64,000 nucleotides of DNA from Bugula neritina (GCA_964035545.1 OZ037769.1:992001-1056000), one strand, 5' to 3'; shown: positions 11,601 through 25,900, counted from the first letter of the stretch. Made by a program: numbers and translations. The notes: a model not told the origin generated them from the sequence alone.

Positions 11601-13826
11601 ACAGTATATTATCTCCCCCTACAGTATATTATCTCCCCATACAGTATATTATCTCCCCATACAGTGTGTTATCTCCCCATACAGTGTGTTATACAGTATA
11701 TTATCTCCCCATACAGTATGTTACACAGTATATACTCCAAGTTTTATGTTTCAATATAAAACACCCTTAAGCAGTTTCCCTTTTCACCCAGTTAACTCCT
11801 CATAGATATCCTCAGCTATAAATTGTGATATGAGGAAATGTGACAGACTTGCAGCGTGCATACGTTGTTGACACTATCCGCTGCCATCCTGTTGCCAACC
11901 TGCTGCCAGGCTGCTGCCAGGCTGCTATAATTATTTAGCTAATTGATCTCTGTAGCTGCATGTATAAATATTTCTGGTGTGTAAATGTTACGCAGTCACA
12001 TGAGATATGCACCAGTATCTGTAAATACCACACTCGTCCCTTGAGCTGTAAGTTTACATGTAAACAACTATAATCAAGGTCACTCTGGTCACATGACTAA
12101 TGTCACATGTCTTCTCAGGTAAAACTGTAAGGCTATAGTTTATGCACAAAACTCTGTCATGTCATTTTAAACACTACTGAAATATGGAATAAAGTCCAAA
12201 GAGTCAAATCTTTAGCCAACTGTAGGCTGGTTTGGTAGTGTTGAGTTAAAATCTAGTTCCTAATGTGTCGAGGAATTTAGGCTGCATGCATCATTCTATT
12301 ACGTGTTGTTGGAAGTTGTCCGCCTGTAACTATAGTCTATAGTAAATATAGAAATATAGTCACTTGTGTTTGTGTCAAGTTGCCATAGCAACCGGCTTAT
12401 GCAAACCTGAAACCTCCACACATTCTCAAAACTTCACCATGAAAATAAAAGTAATATATGCAGGGTTCATGCAAATTGTACATTTCTGTGGTTTTGGTTG
12501 TATTCAACATGTTGAATTACTTGATTTAAATTTACATAAATAAATCACATTTATAAATGTATGTTCATTCATCTCATCATCATATATTTGTTACTTACAT
12601 TTGTTCGATGTGATGAAATTTTGTGTTTAAATATGTTATTCATAATAAACAAAATAAACAGCACTATTTGCTACACTAACTCTATAGAGTGTAGAATATA
12701 GACTATAGGTTATAAAGTATAGACTACAGGTTATAGAGTGTAGACTATAAATTATAGAGTGTAGATTATAAAGTATAGAATATAGAGTATAGGTTATACA
12801 AGCAGATAATAGAACGTAGAATATATAAATTAGGAAATAAAACATATATTATAGAACACGGAATGTTACACGCAGCTAATTTTCTATTAACATTTCAAGA
12901 TATTTAATTCTAAGGCAATGAAAATTAAAGTATATTTTCCTGGGTGTAAATTGGAATTTATCTCAAGGTCAGGCTAAAAAATGTATGTCTTGGATTGAGT
13001 TATGAGTTTTCTCCCCACATACTGTATTTGGTGCCAGATTTCAATGTAATGTCTTTATATTATTCTGTGAATACTATACTGTGTATTACTATACTGTGTA
13101 TACTATACTGTGTATACTATACTGTGTATTACTATACTGTGTGTTACTATACTGTGTATTACTATACTGTGTATACTATACTGTGTATTACTATACTGTG
13201 TATACTATACTGTGTATACTATACTGTGTATTACTATACTGTATACTATATAATGCCGTGTGGTTTACAGCCCAATCATCTCACCTAAACATGTACATGG
13301 CAGCTGCTAACAGGGCCAACATCTCCTCCTGGGCCTTCACCCCCGGAACTCCCATACCAACTGCTGTACCGTCTCACTTCTCCAGGCGCCACTACTTCGT
13401 CTTCACCACCTCCGCCACCTCCCCACACCCAGACAAGAAGTTCTGGGTGAATGTGCAGGTAAAAATGCTGTTTCCTGGGCACACGCCAGCTCCAATCTCT
13501 TTGTTTAGGGAATAAACTCGCCAATTGTTGTAAATTGGAGAATTGAAACAGGTTTTGTGTTGAGTTATGTTTGCGGTGTCCTCCACCCGATTGTGCTGTT
13601 TGTCCGAGGACACCCACGCCTGGTGCAGCTGTCTACAAGCAGTTGTATCTTGCAGGTGCCTCCTGGAGCTGACCGGAGTGGTCACTGGTTGGACTTTGCT
13701 GTCGGGGCTCACTATCTAGATGGGGACGACAGCCTGACCCCCCAACTTGAGGCTCTAATGGCCAAGTTCCCAGACTGGACAGTTCCTATTGGATGGAGTG
13801 CCTCGTACCAGCACTACCAGCTGTGA
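5649..13826 (+). CDS. ERMP1: Endoplasmic reticulum metallopeptidase 1 (M28 family), ~14 exons (approx. 5649-6246, 6796-6923, 7046-7151, 7263-7408, 7534-7626, 7909-8121, 8354-~8593, 8917-9097, 9570-9760, 9978-10133, 10519-10718, 11014-11127, 13271-13458, 13656-13826)
   Basis: M28 metal-binding motifs [40 protein letters not shown] and YHTKYD, followed by multiple hydrophobic segments and a C-terminal FPDW motif; canonical splice sites. Confidence 0.95.
6348..6420 (-). pseudogene. tRNA-like element (pseudo-tRNA or tRNA-derived SINE head), copy 1, in ERMP1 intron 1
   Basis: Minus strand has A box TGGTCTAATTGG, B box GGTTCGAATCCC and a downstream TTTT; the anticodon stem is disrupted. Confidence 0.7.
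6541..6612 (-). pseudogene. tRNA-like element, copy 2 (near-complete cloverleaf with a 6-nt anticodon loop TTGCAA)
   Basis: GCCCCTG-TA-GTGTAATGGGTTAACGC-G-CCTGC TTGCAA GCGGG-AGGTC-TGTGGTTCAAATCCCGG-TGGGGGC; flanks are shared with copy 1. Confidence 0.7.
8200..8345. repeat. 30-bp intronic minisatellite (~5 copies) ending at an ERMP1 acceptor
   Basis: Tandem ATGAAATATCTGTGGATATGCTCTTCTTTT. Confidence 0.93.
9092..9258 (+). repeat. 28-bp minisatellite (6 copies) duplicating the ERMP1 donor ACA|GTGAGT
   Basis: Tandem TTCACAGTGAGTCCACTTTCTCTACTTG; the first copy contains the real donor at 9098. Confidence 0.95.
10800..11020 (+). repeat. 30-bp minisatellite (~7 copies) duplicating the ERMP1 acceptor TTTATAG|AAAGGT
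   Basis: Tandem TTACTATTTATAGAAAGGTGTAGTAACATG; the last copy gives the in-frame acceptor ([11 protein letters not shown]). Confidence 0.92.
11128..11725. repeat. 20-bp minisatellite (ATACAGTATATTATCTCCCC, ~29 copies) starting at an ERMP1 donor
   Basis: Direct tandem array; explains ORFs 11034-11759 and 11089-11805. Confidence 0.97.
13070..13252. repeat. TACTATACTGTGTA(T)-type satellite just upstream of an ERMP1 acceptor
   Basis: Tandem 14-15-bp units. Confidence 0.93.
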
Positions 13827-15971
13827 GCAGACAGCGCCCTCTATCAGCTCTACTCACGCTACACTCTCCTACAGTTCATTCAGGGTTTCCTGACAATCTT
13901 GGTTGTGGTTTATACGATGACTTGTCCCCGCATTATCATAGGCTTTCTGATTTGGACTCATTTTATCAGTATTGGTGCATTAGAGAACAAAATACTATTG
14001 CAACGAAAGTTTCTTCCATTTCGATGAAACAATCATAGAATTAGTTGTGCATTTTATTTGTGTGCGTATGTATATGTACATCTTATGTTTGTATGTGTAC
14101 ACCCTATGTATGTGTGTATGTACATCTTATCTGTACATATTTGTGTGTATCTTGCCATTACGCTCACCGCTCTCTCTTATTTTTCAATTCGATTATTCTT
14201 TGAGGTGTTTTCACAGGATTTATCTGTTCTTTGTCCTAGTATTGGGTATTCCAATTGTGATATTTTAATACTCATTCAATAAGTTTCTTACTGATTCAAC
14301 ATATTTGAAGCTGATTGTTTGGATTATAATATTTTGTTATATTTTATAAATAGCAAATCTCTTTTCTGTCTCTGAATATAATATTACACTCCCTGATCTT
14401 TCTCACATTCCAAGATAGCTACTGACGGATCAACTTTAAGCGAGTGAAATATTCTTTATGGTTGGGATAGAATCTGTATTAATAGAAGTTATTCATAGCC
14501 TCACACACGTTCTGGTAATCTTTATAATATCTTTAGCTCATCTGATTGCACCAAGATTACAAAGTTCAGGATAAGAAAGTTGCCTTGTAAATATATCTCC
14601 CCTTTCGTAGAATGTTTAATCTGAGGTCTTCAAGTTTGGAGTTGCCCTCTTTCATGTGCATATCTAGACTGCACCTCCACACCATGTCAGGTATTGCGGT
14701 GGTTATTGAACAATTATTATGAGTACAAATTGAAAGGATTTTTCTTACTTTTATTTACAAATTAAAGTAATACAAATAATATGCACTAGTTAAGAGTTCA
14801 GTTCATTAAGTGAAGTTTTGTAGAATAAACACAATTCTGCAAATCCCTAGTTTCTCAACTTACAGAAAGTATCCTGTTATATTATAAAACCATAAACCCA
14901 TTCTTTGCCCCAGTGACAATATCAAGTGACAATTAGACATGAAATATACAAATTTACCATGTCCTTGAACAAAAGTACATGTTTAGAATAACTAATTATT
15001 TAACAAGTTTACCGACAGCAGCTAATGCTGCCTGGATAGAGTACAACTTCCTCCTAGACATTATCCTGAAGCGAATAAACTTCATTTATTTATTGACAGC
15101 AGCGTTATTGCTCTCCAGAGTGTTTCACTGCTTACAAGCTTATCCTAGAAATAGAGTGCAGAGTCTATAATAAACTCGATGAATGTTTATTAATATTGCT
15201 GTTAAGTACTTGATGCTAGTGAAGAAAGAGTGGCTGGGACAGGGTATGTAGGCCATGATATAGTATGACCAAAATATATGCAATATGGACTAGAATAATA
15301 TTCTAACAGACTTTACATTATTATATTGTCATGTGACAACTTAACCTTCCCTTTTGTCTACCTACTGTAGATTATAGATTAGCAAACTACTTGTCTTTAT
15401 TTGTAGGACATGAGCGATAATTAAAGTATTGTTTGTGGTTATGAAATAACTTATCTATCAGTATAGCCATTAGACTGGGAGACTATAATATACTGTCCCA
15501 GCATGTTAACTTCTTACCATCATGGTCAAAGTAGCTAGGTAAGCTGTCTTTGCAGGTAAACATTTTATGTGAAACATTCAAAGATGACTGTTTTGTAAAC
15601 AATAGTAATATCAAATTTATTTACTCATACTGATGTCCCTTTCAACTATAATAAGTTAAATTCCTTTATTATTATTGTTGAATTATATATATATATATGT
15701 GAAATTAAATTTGGCTTATGAGAAAAATTTAAAATGGTGGCCAGACAAATTACTGCAGCTGTGATGAACATGAAAATACAGTCAAGTTGATTGTAACATT
15801 TCATACAAGGTTGAAGAACTTTTTGTAGGGCTACACCTTCCTTGGAACTCATGGGTAAATGGTAGGGTAGAGCATTTCAGCAGAGGTGACTTCTTTTTCC
15901 TGAGGGTAATAACAGCCTTTATGCTAGTTTAATGAAGTCCGTGAAAAATTATAATTTTAAGTCTTTGCTAA

Positions 15972-16027
15972 GCCCCGCCCACTGAGCTAGTATATAAGAG
16001 AGCGGGCCTGGGTTCATAGCATCAGTT
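15972..16027 (+). promoter_or_regulatory. Core promoter of the elevenin gene: GC box, TATA box, initiator
   Basis: GCCCCGCCC (15972), TATATAAG (15991) and TCAGTT (16022) at near-canonical spacing, ~60 nt before the ATG. Confidence 0.75.
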
Positions 16028-16083
16028 GTGTTAACCACTCAATAGAATAACACTTGCATACTCTGAAGAAATAACTTACAGAT

Positions 16084-18699
16084 ATGAACATGGCACAAGG
16101 ATTGCATCTCAACACCCTTACAGGATTACTACTGCTTGTGCTCATCACCTATTTTTCTGTTGACGGTGGTTTGACAGATGCGCAAAGACATAAGCTGGCT
16201 CTCTACTTTCAGTCAAACCCATCTGCGAGGTCCAGCCTGTACCCCCTAGACTGCAGGTAAGGCAAAAACACAGGCTAAATACAGCTTTTGTTCTATAAAT
16301 ACTTCACAATTTAAAAGTTTTTGAAAAAAAATGTTAAAATTCATTTATAAACTTTTAAAACTTTAAAGAACATTTTTTTTCCTTGTCTTTATTACTAGCT
16401 TTCTCAGTTTCTACATAAACAGCTTTTTTACAGTAGCTTTCCCATAAACCTTAATTTATGTATTGCTGTCCGCAAGTTTTTTTCTGATTGCCACACATTC
16501 AATCATCACAATCTTGCACAATGCAATGCAATGAGTGTGTTGATTTCAACACGAAATATTCTTTCATTTCTGCATAAATAGCTTTATTAGAAAACTTTTT
16601 GTTTACTTAAAAGATAACTGACTTGCTGAGTTTCAAAGGAATGCAATAATCTCTCTAATACTTGAGGAAATTCACACCTAGCAGTAAAAGTGTTGGGTAA
16701 CATTACTTCCTGTTACAAGGTTCTTTCCTGTGACATCATAGTGGCTCAAACACTTGGAATTTGAAGTACCTTTTCATGAATAGTCTCGCAGCTTTAATTA
16801 GTCATGTGATCAGAATATGCCAAGTTGAACATTTAGATAATATTTCATCCACTCTTTGAAGAATTATGGCCTCACCAGTATGGCTTATCAAAATCTGTTG
16901 CAATAAATTTTTAAACAGCAAAAATGATAACTTGAGTTGTGCTCCCTTGCAGGTATTTCCCAAGAGCTCGAATCTGCCGCGGAGTGTTTGCTAAGAGATC
17001 TGTAGATGAAAATGATTTCTCCATGAGCACTGAGCCAACCAAACTAGAAGATCTGAAAGCAAAGGGCAAATCATTCCTCCCTCTTGAAATTCTGAAGAAA
17101 TCCCAGAAAGTGAGTAACATGCTTTACTCCACCATTTGAGGGCCAAAACCTGTTAAGAAACTACTTTTAGGTTCAGAAAAACACGATTTTACAAAATTTT
17201 AAATTGCAGTCATAAGACTTATAGAAATATGTGGACTGTTTAGGAGGATGTACAACCAATTAATATCTAGTAATTACCAAACATCATTCTCCTTTCAAAG
17301 AATGGGTATAAATTACTTTCTAATGGCATCAACTACAAAGTATAGCATGAAATTCTCTCCATATATATATGATAGACTTGATGCATGCATAAGCATAAGG
17401 TATTCTCGGTTAGACTGCACACTACTATAGTGTATAAGTGTCACTTACTGCAAGCACCTTGCGTAAAATAGACACCTTGTAGCAAGTACTCTATGATATC
17501 TAATAAGTTAATTTGTTATGTTGAAATGTTAATATGAGTTGCATGCCTTATTCATCTCCCGTGTCACGTTATACACTAGTAAATGTGCAAGGTAAATGTG
17601 GCAACCCCACTATTAGCATATATCTGCAAATATTAAATTTATAGCTTTATTTAAAATAAAGTAGACTAGAGAATGAATATACCTGGCGCAGCTTGGCTTT
17701 GTAACTGTAAATCCACTCAAGAGTTTAGGTGCTGCTAAAGTTGTGTAACATTGAATGCAAACTTGTGTAGGATGGGGCATTAATGGGCCACCCTATGTTA
17801 GTGGGCCAACCTACGTGGTTATGTTGCAATCTAAGCATCTTAGTATTAAACGTGATCGCACAGGTCAATTTACTCGAAAGCATCATTTGCTGACGCGTTG
17901 TGTAAATTTGTTTATGGTTTCAGTGTACATTACAAGTCTTTAGGGAGATAAATAAATTACTGGTATATACAATCATGTGCTGAGATTATTTGAGTTCATT
18001 TAATAGAAATTCACTGCGCCTCATATTTACATGTAATGGAAATTAGTGATAAAATACTAAAATAATAGTAAATAAAAACTCGAAGCTACTGCTGTTAGAC
18101 TATTACAACGAAATAGACAGATAATAGATTGATAAAATGAAATAAGTGTGCTCATTCGCTGCTAGAAAAGTGAGCTATAGCCAATGAGCTGTGACAAGGA
18201 AAGTCAATGTTTGAAGGGTTGTTTAATATCCAGTGAGAGCAAACAAATAATCAGATGTGTAATTATTAACAACAAGAAGCTATAATGTAATCAATGATGC
18301 TATCTCAGCAAACCTTCGCTAATAACTGGTGTTTACTAATCATCTTTAGTCTATAGGCTAGCACCTTGGACAGAATATAATATGCTATATACTAACATAG
18401 TGTGATATTATAACATTGTATCCTAATATGATATAATATAATGATATATAGTAACATAAACACATATTTCAATATTGTAATATAATTATAGTAACATAAT
18501 ATATTATGTTAGAATAATATGCTTTTGCTGAGTGGATATATCGTCTTCTTATATTAACGGATAATTTTATCTGCTCGAAAACACCTCAAGATGTTTTTTA
18601 ATCAAAATATTATTTATAATTTGATGGCAGAATATAATCAACTGCGTTCTTTTGTAGAAGGAAGATTCAGCTGTAGAAGTGACTCCTTACAATGCTTAG
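16084..18699 (+). CDS. Elevenin (L11) neuropeptide precursor, ~123 aa, exons 16084-16256, 16953-17109, 18658-18699
   Basis: Hydrophobic signal peptide (LTGLLLLVLITYFSVDG), then LDCRYFPRARICRGVFA-KR, the C-x8-C-RG...KR elevenin signature. Splice phases are compatible. Exon 3 is less certain. AATAAA at 19146. Confidence 0.88.
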
Positions 18700-19991
18700 T
18701 CTTGGATCTAATCCACAACGACAGCCTAAAGGCAGAAACTCACTGAACACAGTCTATTAACACTTCCATATCTAATCATGTTACTGTTAGCTCAGCATTT
18801 CTCAAGCTGAGAATTAGAAACAACCTCTGAAACCAGAGAAGCTGGGCACGTATTACTTTGTTATACTGTTATTGTTTGTTCGCTCAACTTGAGGTGGTAA
18901 CCGCCCTTCACCTAGTCAGCATCGAATTGATCTCTATTACGACAGCAGAATCTCTGTTGCATTTTTAAACCAAGTTTTGTTACCACAAGTTGTCTGTTAT
19001 TGTTGAGAGAAAACTACTACTTCAGCCTTCCTATGCAATATTATTTATAATTACAGTTGAACGTAATATCATTGTTTTAATATTTATTTATTTATTGTCT
19101 TGAAATATTTTATTTATGTACAAGTTAATAGATATGAAATATACGAATAAACTTCATTTCAAATGCAAGTATCTGTTATCCTCAATAAAAAAGATCATAA
19201 TTATAAGATAAAAAGTAGAGTATGTATTTACTATCTGGAAAAGAGCATTGCAACAATTATATTATGGAGTATAACATTACATGGAGAAAATAGAAAGAGA
19301 TTGTTAATCTGATTGAGAGGTCACTGTGGAATGATTAGAGATTCAAGGCTAAGGCATAGGCTGTGGTCCACAATATTGCTGATAGTACACGATGTATTAC
19401 ATAGCTAATGATTAATAAATTTTGTACCAATAAGCAATTGCTGTGCAGTTTATAATCAATCCAGTTCAAAATGATATTAACTAACAGAATAATAAATAAA
19501 ATCTCTTCAATTATGCAATAGAAATTATGCAATAGATTAGCTGATCTGCTGCTATTAATAAACCAAGAAAAATTAGCATCTTTTAGAAATTTGATTCAAG
19601 CTTTAAAAAGAAAATGACAATTGGAAAAATGATTTCAAAAAATTTACTCAGTCAAATGACATTGGTCACATGACACTTGGTCACATGATACTCAGTCACA
19701 TGACAATGTAACAAGAAGAGGCAAGTAAAGATAGTTAACTATAAAATACTTTTATAGTACAAATGATGAATTTTCCAGAAATGTATGAATATGGAATGGA
19801 AATTAAAAAATGGTACAAAACTGTGAGCAAAACATAAATACAACAGACATTCTGCTCTGTGATGTCACAACTTAGATTCTGAGAGTTGTTTGACTTCCAA
19901 GCTGTGATTTAAAGAATATTATACATAATATATGACACTGCTTTGTGGAGCTGAACTGTGACCTATATACAATCTCAGTTGACCTAATTAT

Positions 19992-22900
19992 TCACACATT
20001 CTCTGTGCCCACTGGCCGTCTCCTTTTCTCCAAGTTGGATTTTATCTGCAAGAAGAATAAATGCAAATCTGCACTCCAAATTTACAGCTACACAACCAGA
20101 TAAATAACTAGTGACCGTAAAGTTCATGTTTATGTGTCAGTAAGCAAATACTCACTCACTCACTCACTCACTCACTCACTCACTCACTCACTCACTCACT
20201 CACTCACTCACTCACTCACTCACTCACTCACTCACTCACTCACTCACTCACCCACTCACCCACTCACCCACTCACTATCACACTATATGTATACCTGGTC
20301 CTCATAGAAACTATATATAGTGTAGAGAATGAGCACAGCCAATAAAATCTCCACAAACAGCTTCATATAATCCCGAATTCGTTTCCTGTTGAAAACAAAA
20401 GGAGTTGACCAGCACCAAATATGATGAATATATTGTAATTTAATACATTGAAATATAAAACAATATATTGTAATTATGAAACAATGTAACATGATTTGTA
20501 TTCTATGAAATAACGGAATATTTTATAATTTATAATAATATAATATTTTATGTAACAACATGACCTGATGTGATATAAAGGAATGTAATATATATTAAAG
20601 TAATACAATATCCATTAGATTTGAAGGATACATAAGATTATTTACGTTGATGTATTAACATACTATATGTAAGATAATATACATATATACAGCAGTTAAT
20701 ATTACCAACAACTTCTCAGGTCTTCAATATTTATAATATTAATAACTAAACATTCAGAGAGTATAGAATCATTTCACTCAATTGCTGAGCGCAGGGATGC
20801 ATATATTATATTACATCATCTAGCATTGCTATCACACATAATATATTATAATATTATACTATATTATGTAGCATCGCCATCATAAAAGCCACTAAAACTG
20901 CTAAAAATATTGTATGTATTATTATTGGCAGAAAAGCAAAATCTAATTTATATTTCAGGCACTTTCCAATTGAAAAATTTATAAATTAGGTCAAGTGACG
21001 TGATGTGAAGAATTACAGCTGTAGAATACCAGGAAGAGAAACAGTATAACATAACTTCACCTCATATTACTCTGTAATTATTGGAAGACTTTAAAATCTC
21101 AATTGAAATGTCATTGTTAATTGGTCTTTTATCCTCAAAATAAAAAACCCAGTTATTCTAATATTAAAAAGCTTTACGTGATCAGCTTTCAAAAACATTA
21201 TTGTACTCAAAATGGTCTCTCAAATGTAATGGTTGCCGTATTGATTCTGCCGAAAGCACTAGCAACTTCTTGAAATCATAAAGTAGCGAGGTTTTCAAAC
21301 AAAGCAGCCTTTACAAGTTAAAATGTTGTTTGGAAATATCATAGACAGCCCCAGCACCTAACACTGACACTATAGTAAGAACTCAGCCTATCATATTCAC
21401 TAAACTGGCATTAAGCTAGTATTATGAGTCAAGCAATAGCACGAGTATGTGTTAGGAGTTCAATGTAGAGTGTCACCAATATCAAGGTCAAGCACGTGGT
21501 TTTAATAAGGTGCTTAGATAACATCAGGTTATCAACAAAGCTATAATTTCTTTTACCAGGACACTGGCTACAATTGTGCTTTGGCACTGATGGTGTGTAG
21601 CAGTTGAACTTAGATATTTTTATAAGTTTTCTTGATTTGGGAAGGTTTGGATACTTTGACCAGATGTGACCATCACATCTGGTCATCAGTCAACAGGCTA
21701 ATAATGATATTGAACTGAGTAACACAAGTCATAGTTTATGGTTTGATTTTTCTTCCAGTGATCATTCCTTCCTGTGAGCTGAGGCTATGTTTTATATAGT
21801 CGGTTAGTGTGCTACTTGATGGTACTGAAGTTGTGCTATATTTGACATTGTATTACATGATGTTAGCATTCATCAGTTCTTCTAGGTATTTCGGTGTTAA
21901 AGTTAAGATTTCTATGAGAAAATGGCAGATAATTCTCAAGTCAGTTATTACTGACTAACTCTAAACGTCTACAAACTTGAAAACATTTACACTTTCCAAC
22001 TGTTTTGTTGCATGGTGCAGAGCATAAAGTATAAAATAAAAACAAGGACCATTAAACTTGTCTCATATTTATCCTACAAATGCAAAAAGAACGGCAGTTT
22101 TACAACCTTTTAGCTAACTTACACTGTTAAATCAATTAATTTACTCTAAAAATCTTGGCTAATAAACAGCTGTTTTGTTTTTATAAGTTTGAACAGAATT
22201 TCTGGAACATTTCTCACAAATAAAAGCCAATTAAACCCCAAGTATCAATAAAGCTCTGCAAATTATTTATTTGGAGTTAAATGTGAAATTAGTGATCACA
22301 TTTTTCTTACTTCCATTTTATTTCAAAAAGAAGGCCTGTACTAAAATGACCGTAAATGATTTCTCTACATTTGAGGACACCCAGGGAAATAATTGCTAAT
22401 GAAATTCACCTCAGAAAACTCTGCAAGTTGTAATTAGCTTCTTGAACATGCAGTTACATAATTACAAGACTTGGCAGGTAAAGTTGAGATGTTACATTAG
22501 TTTTGTGTAGATGTACTAGATAGCTATTCTGAGTTCTCCTAATTGTAGTCTTGTTGGTGACTCACTGAGTCACAACCTCTTGGAGGTGAATCTTAGTAGG
22601 TAGTAATTCTAGCCAAGTAAACTCACAGATAATTGTCTAAGCATAACTACCAGATAAATTATTCGGCAGTTTCCAAACCCCCCCCCCCAACGAGATAATT
22701 TCCTGCTACTGTCTTTTCCTAATATAAAAAGTTCGTGTTTTCCCAATTTCATGATTTAAAAAACCAAATTAAATTTTCATACTACAAAAATTATTGCTTC
22801 CTTCACCCAACTATATTCTGCCACTTGTAATGGAAAGATATTGTGCCATATGTTGAAAGTACTATGAGTATCCTGTAAACTAATATTTAATGCACATTGC

Positions 22901-25900
22901 GCTGTTTGTATTGTAGTACTGCATACAGGGTACACAGTACTACACAACACATGTGTACACACAGTACTACACACAGTACAACATACTATACATGGAATAT
23001 CTCTTACCATTCCCGGAGCTCATTCACGTGGAGGAAACGATTCCGATAGTCCGGCGGGAGTTCAAACTGAGACTTTAGAGGAAACATACTTTCATAGAAG
23101 TCAGCCAAAAGAGCTTTTACCTGCGTATGAGTGTAATATATTCACAGTAATACAGAAATATAATCACAGTAATATAATCACAGTAATATAGTAATATAGT
23201 CACAGTAATATAATCACAGTAATATATTCACAGTAATATAGTAATACAGTCACAGTAATATAGTAATACAGTCACAGTAATATAGTAATATAATCACAGT
23301 AATATAGTAATATATTCATAGTAATATAGTAATATAATCACAGTAATATAGTAATATATTCATAGTATTATAGTCACAGTAATATAGTAATATATTCATA
23401 GTAATACAGTCACAGTAATATAGTCACAGTAATATAGTAATATAATCACAGTAATATAGTAATATATTCATAGTAATATAGTAATATAATCACAGTAATA
23501 TAGTAATATATTCATAGTAATACAGTCACAGTAATATAGTAATACAGTTTAAGAACAGTCACAGAACTCACCTGCATGGCTTCACTATTGCTGTGGTCTA
23601 TGTTATCATTGAGGCACATGAACTTTCTAGAAACATTCAACAAGTCGTCTTAAATACAGAAGTGTAAAGAGCAGACGTGACAGAGCAGACGTGACAAGGC
23701 AGCAGAATTGATTCAGAAACTTGTAAGAAGTAACACCAAACAGAAAACACTTAGACAGGAAATACTGAAAGCCGGATTAGAACTGGGAGCGGAGGCTTAC
23801 TTGGGGTGACGTCGAAGGTCATCTAGCTGGCCGACTACGTGAGACAGATTCGTGCCAATCATCTTGAAGTTTATATCCTGATCTCCCACCACCTCGTACC
23901 TGTAAGGAATACTACCTCCAGAGCACAAGATCAAACCCCGTATTCACTCCGCATGACAAATGAACAACAATAAAAAACATATTATAGTGAATTTACTGCT
24001 GACCTATACTTAGGCTTAGGTTCTACTTTGCTTTTGATCAACTTGAGTATCGGCCCGCAGTTCTTCAGCAATGGTAATGTGACCTGAGGCTACAAACAGA
24101 CGGAAGAGTTTCTAATGAGTGTCCCACATAGAGCACACAACTCCTATACGAAACACAGCTGGATTTTAGAATATGATAACAACAAAACATATAATATTAA
24201 ACACAAGCAGTAGAGAATATCTTATGAAGTTCAACAAATATCTCATTGCCCAACAGATCACATGACAAGCTAATCAACAACATATCCACAAATGGATTAA
24301 GTTCATAACTTTGGGTGGAGATGGTGAGATAAGTGCTAAAAATATCTCTCCACCAAATACCAACACATGTGTGTGTGTGTGAAATATCTGCAACAGCAGT
24401 ATTCTACCCAGCACAAACCTTCAGCAACATGCATAATGGAAGAGGTTTCTTTATTACAACTGAGCAAATTCAAAGTTTAACTCTCAGAAAAGCAATTATT
24501 AGGATATTAAATATTTTATATCGTAGACGAAGACATGGAACTAAAAGATAAAGGCTGCCTAGAAGAAACAGAGTGCTGTGTCACTTCCCTGCAAATCTCA
24601 CATTCGTTAGTCAGCCTGCGTCAAAATATCACCAACTGCAAACTTTTAAGATAAAAATTAATTAAATTTTGCTTTGAAGGTAAATTTAAATAAGAATTGT
24701 GCTAAGAAACTGCGTAATAGAGAATTCCTGTGCAAGGTGTAGCACAGAAATTATCAGTAAAGACATACAATGTCAATTATAACTCTTTCACACTGTCATA
24801 AACAACATTCCAAGATAAGGTCTTAAGCTGATCAACAAACAGAGCCTTTTCTTTTTAATCAGAAAATATTACAACTCAATTACATCATAGAGTAGCAGAT
24901 GTACTGCTTGAGTTTACGTAGCAAAACCTAACCAATCAAATCCTCACATCAGCAAAAGTATGACAGAAAAATAGTTTCTCCCCGAATACAAACGACTTCA
25001 CAGTTGACTAGATAGCACTGGCAATTTGAGAGAGCAGCAACGAGTCATATCAGTCACTTTATTCAAAGTTAGCCGCTCCGTCGGTTGTATATCTGGAAAC
25101 TGGCTGCTCAAAATAAACCAGCAGCTTCAAAACACACTGAAAAACAAGTTTGACCGACTTGTAAACATATTTTCTTCTCTCCTATTACTTGTCAAATATT
25201 TTCCAGAATAATCTCCAAAACAAACTGAACAGCTAGAAACTTGAGACCCAAACGAAGACCGTCAACTATTTTGCTGCAGATAACTTGTAGCTGAATAAAT
25301 AATTTCCTGATTAAATGTGAAAAAAATCAAAATTATTTCTTGGCTCTTTGGAAATACTCTAAAAGAAATAAAAAGATGTCTCACCATCTTGGGTTCATAA
25401 TATCTTTCAGGAGAGAGGCTTACAGCTGAAGAGAGCATTGTATCCTCTAGAGTCAAATGTTGAGAGCAGTTTATAATGTGCTGCTCCAGTAGAGTAAGAC
25501 TCTGAAGGGATATACAGTAATATAGTAGAATACTGTATTACAATATGATTATATTATGGTGTTATACAGTAATATAGTAGAATACTGTATTACAATATGA
25601 TTATATTATGGTGTTATACAGTAATATAGTAGAATACTGTATTACAATATGATTATATTATGGTGTTATACAGTAATATAGTAGAATACTGTAGTACAAT
25701 ATGATTATATTATGGTATTATACAGTAATATAGTAGAATACTGTATTACAATATGATTATATTATGGTGTTATACAGTAATATAGTAGAATACTGTATTA
25801 CAATATGATTATATTATGGTGTTATACAGTAATATAGTAGAATACTGTAGTACAATATGATTATATTATGGTATTATATGCTATATCATATTATGAAATG

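Noticed and set aside
11034-11805. Long Tyr/Ile/Pro-repeat ORFs (also 45108-45752, 46846-47859, 49395-50465, 51064-51623)
   Set aside because: Stop-free read-through of intronic minisatellites in several frames; conserved exons splice around them
19992-20366. Apparent stand-alone 41-aa membrane micropeptide (MKLFVEILL...[11 protein letters not shown])
   Set aside because: An acceptor at ~20386 joins it in frame to [13 protein letters not shown]; it is the GNPTAB C-terminal TM helix and tail
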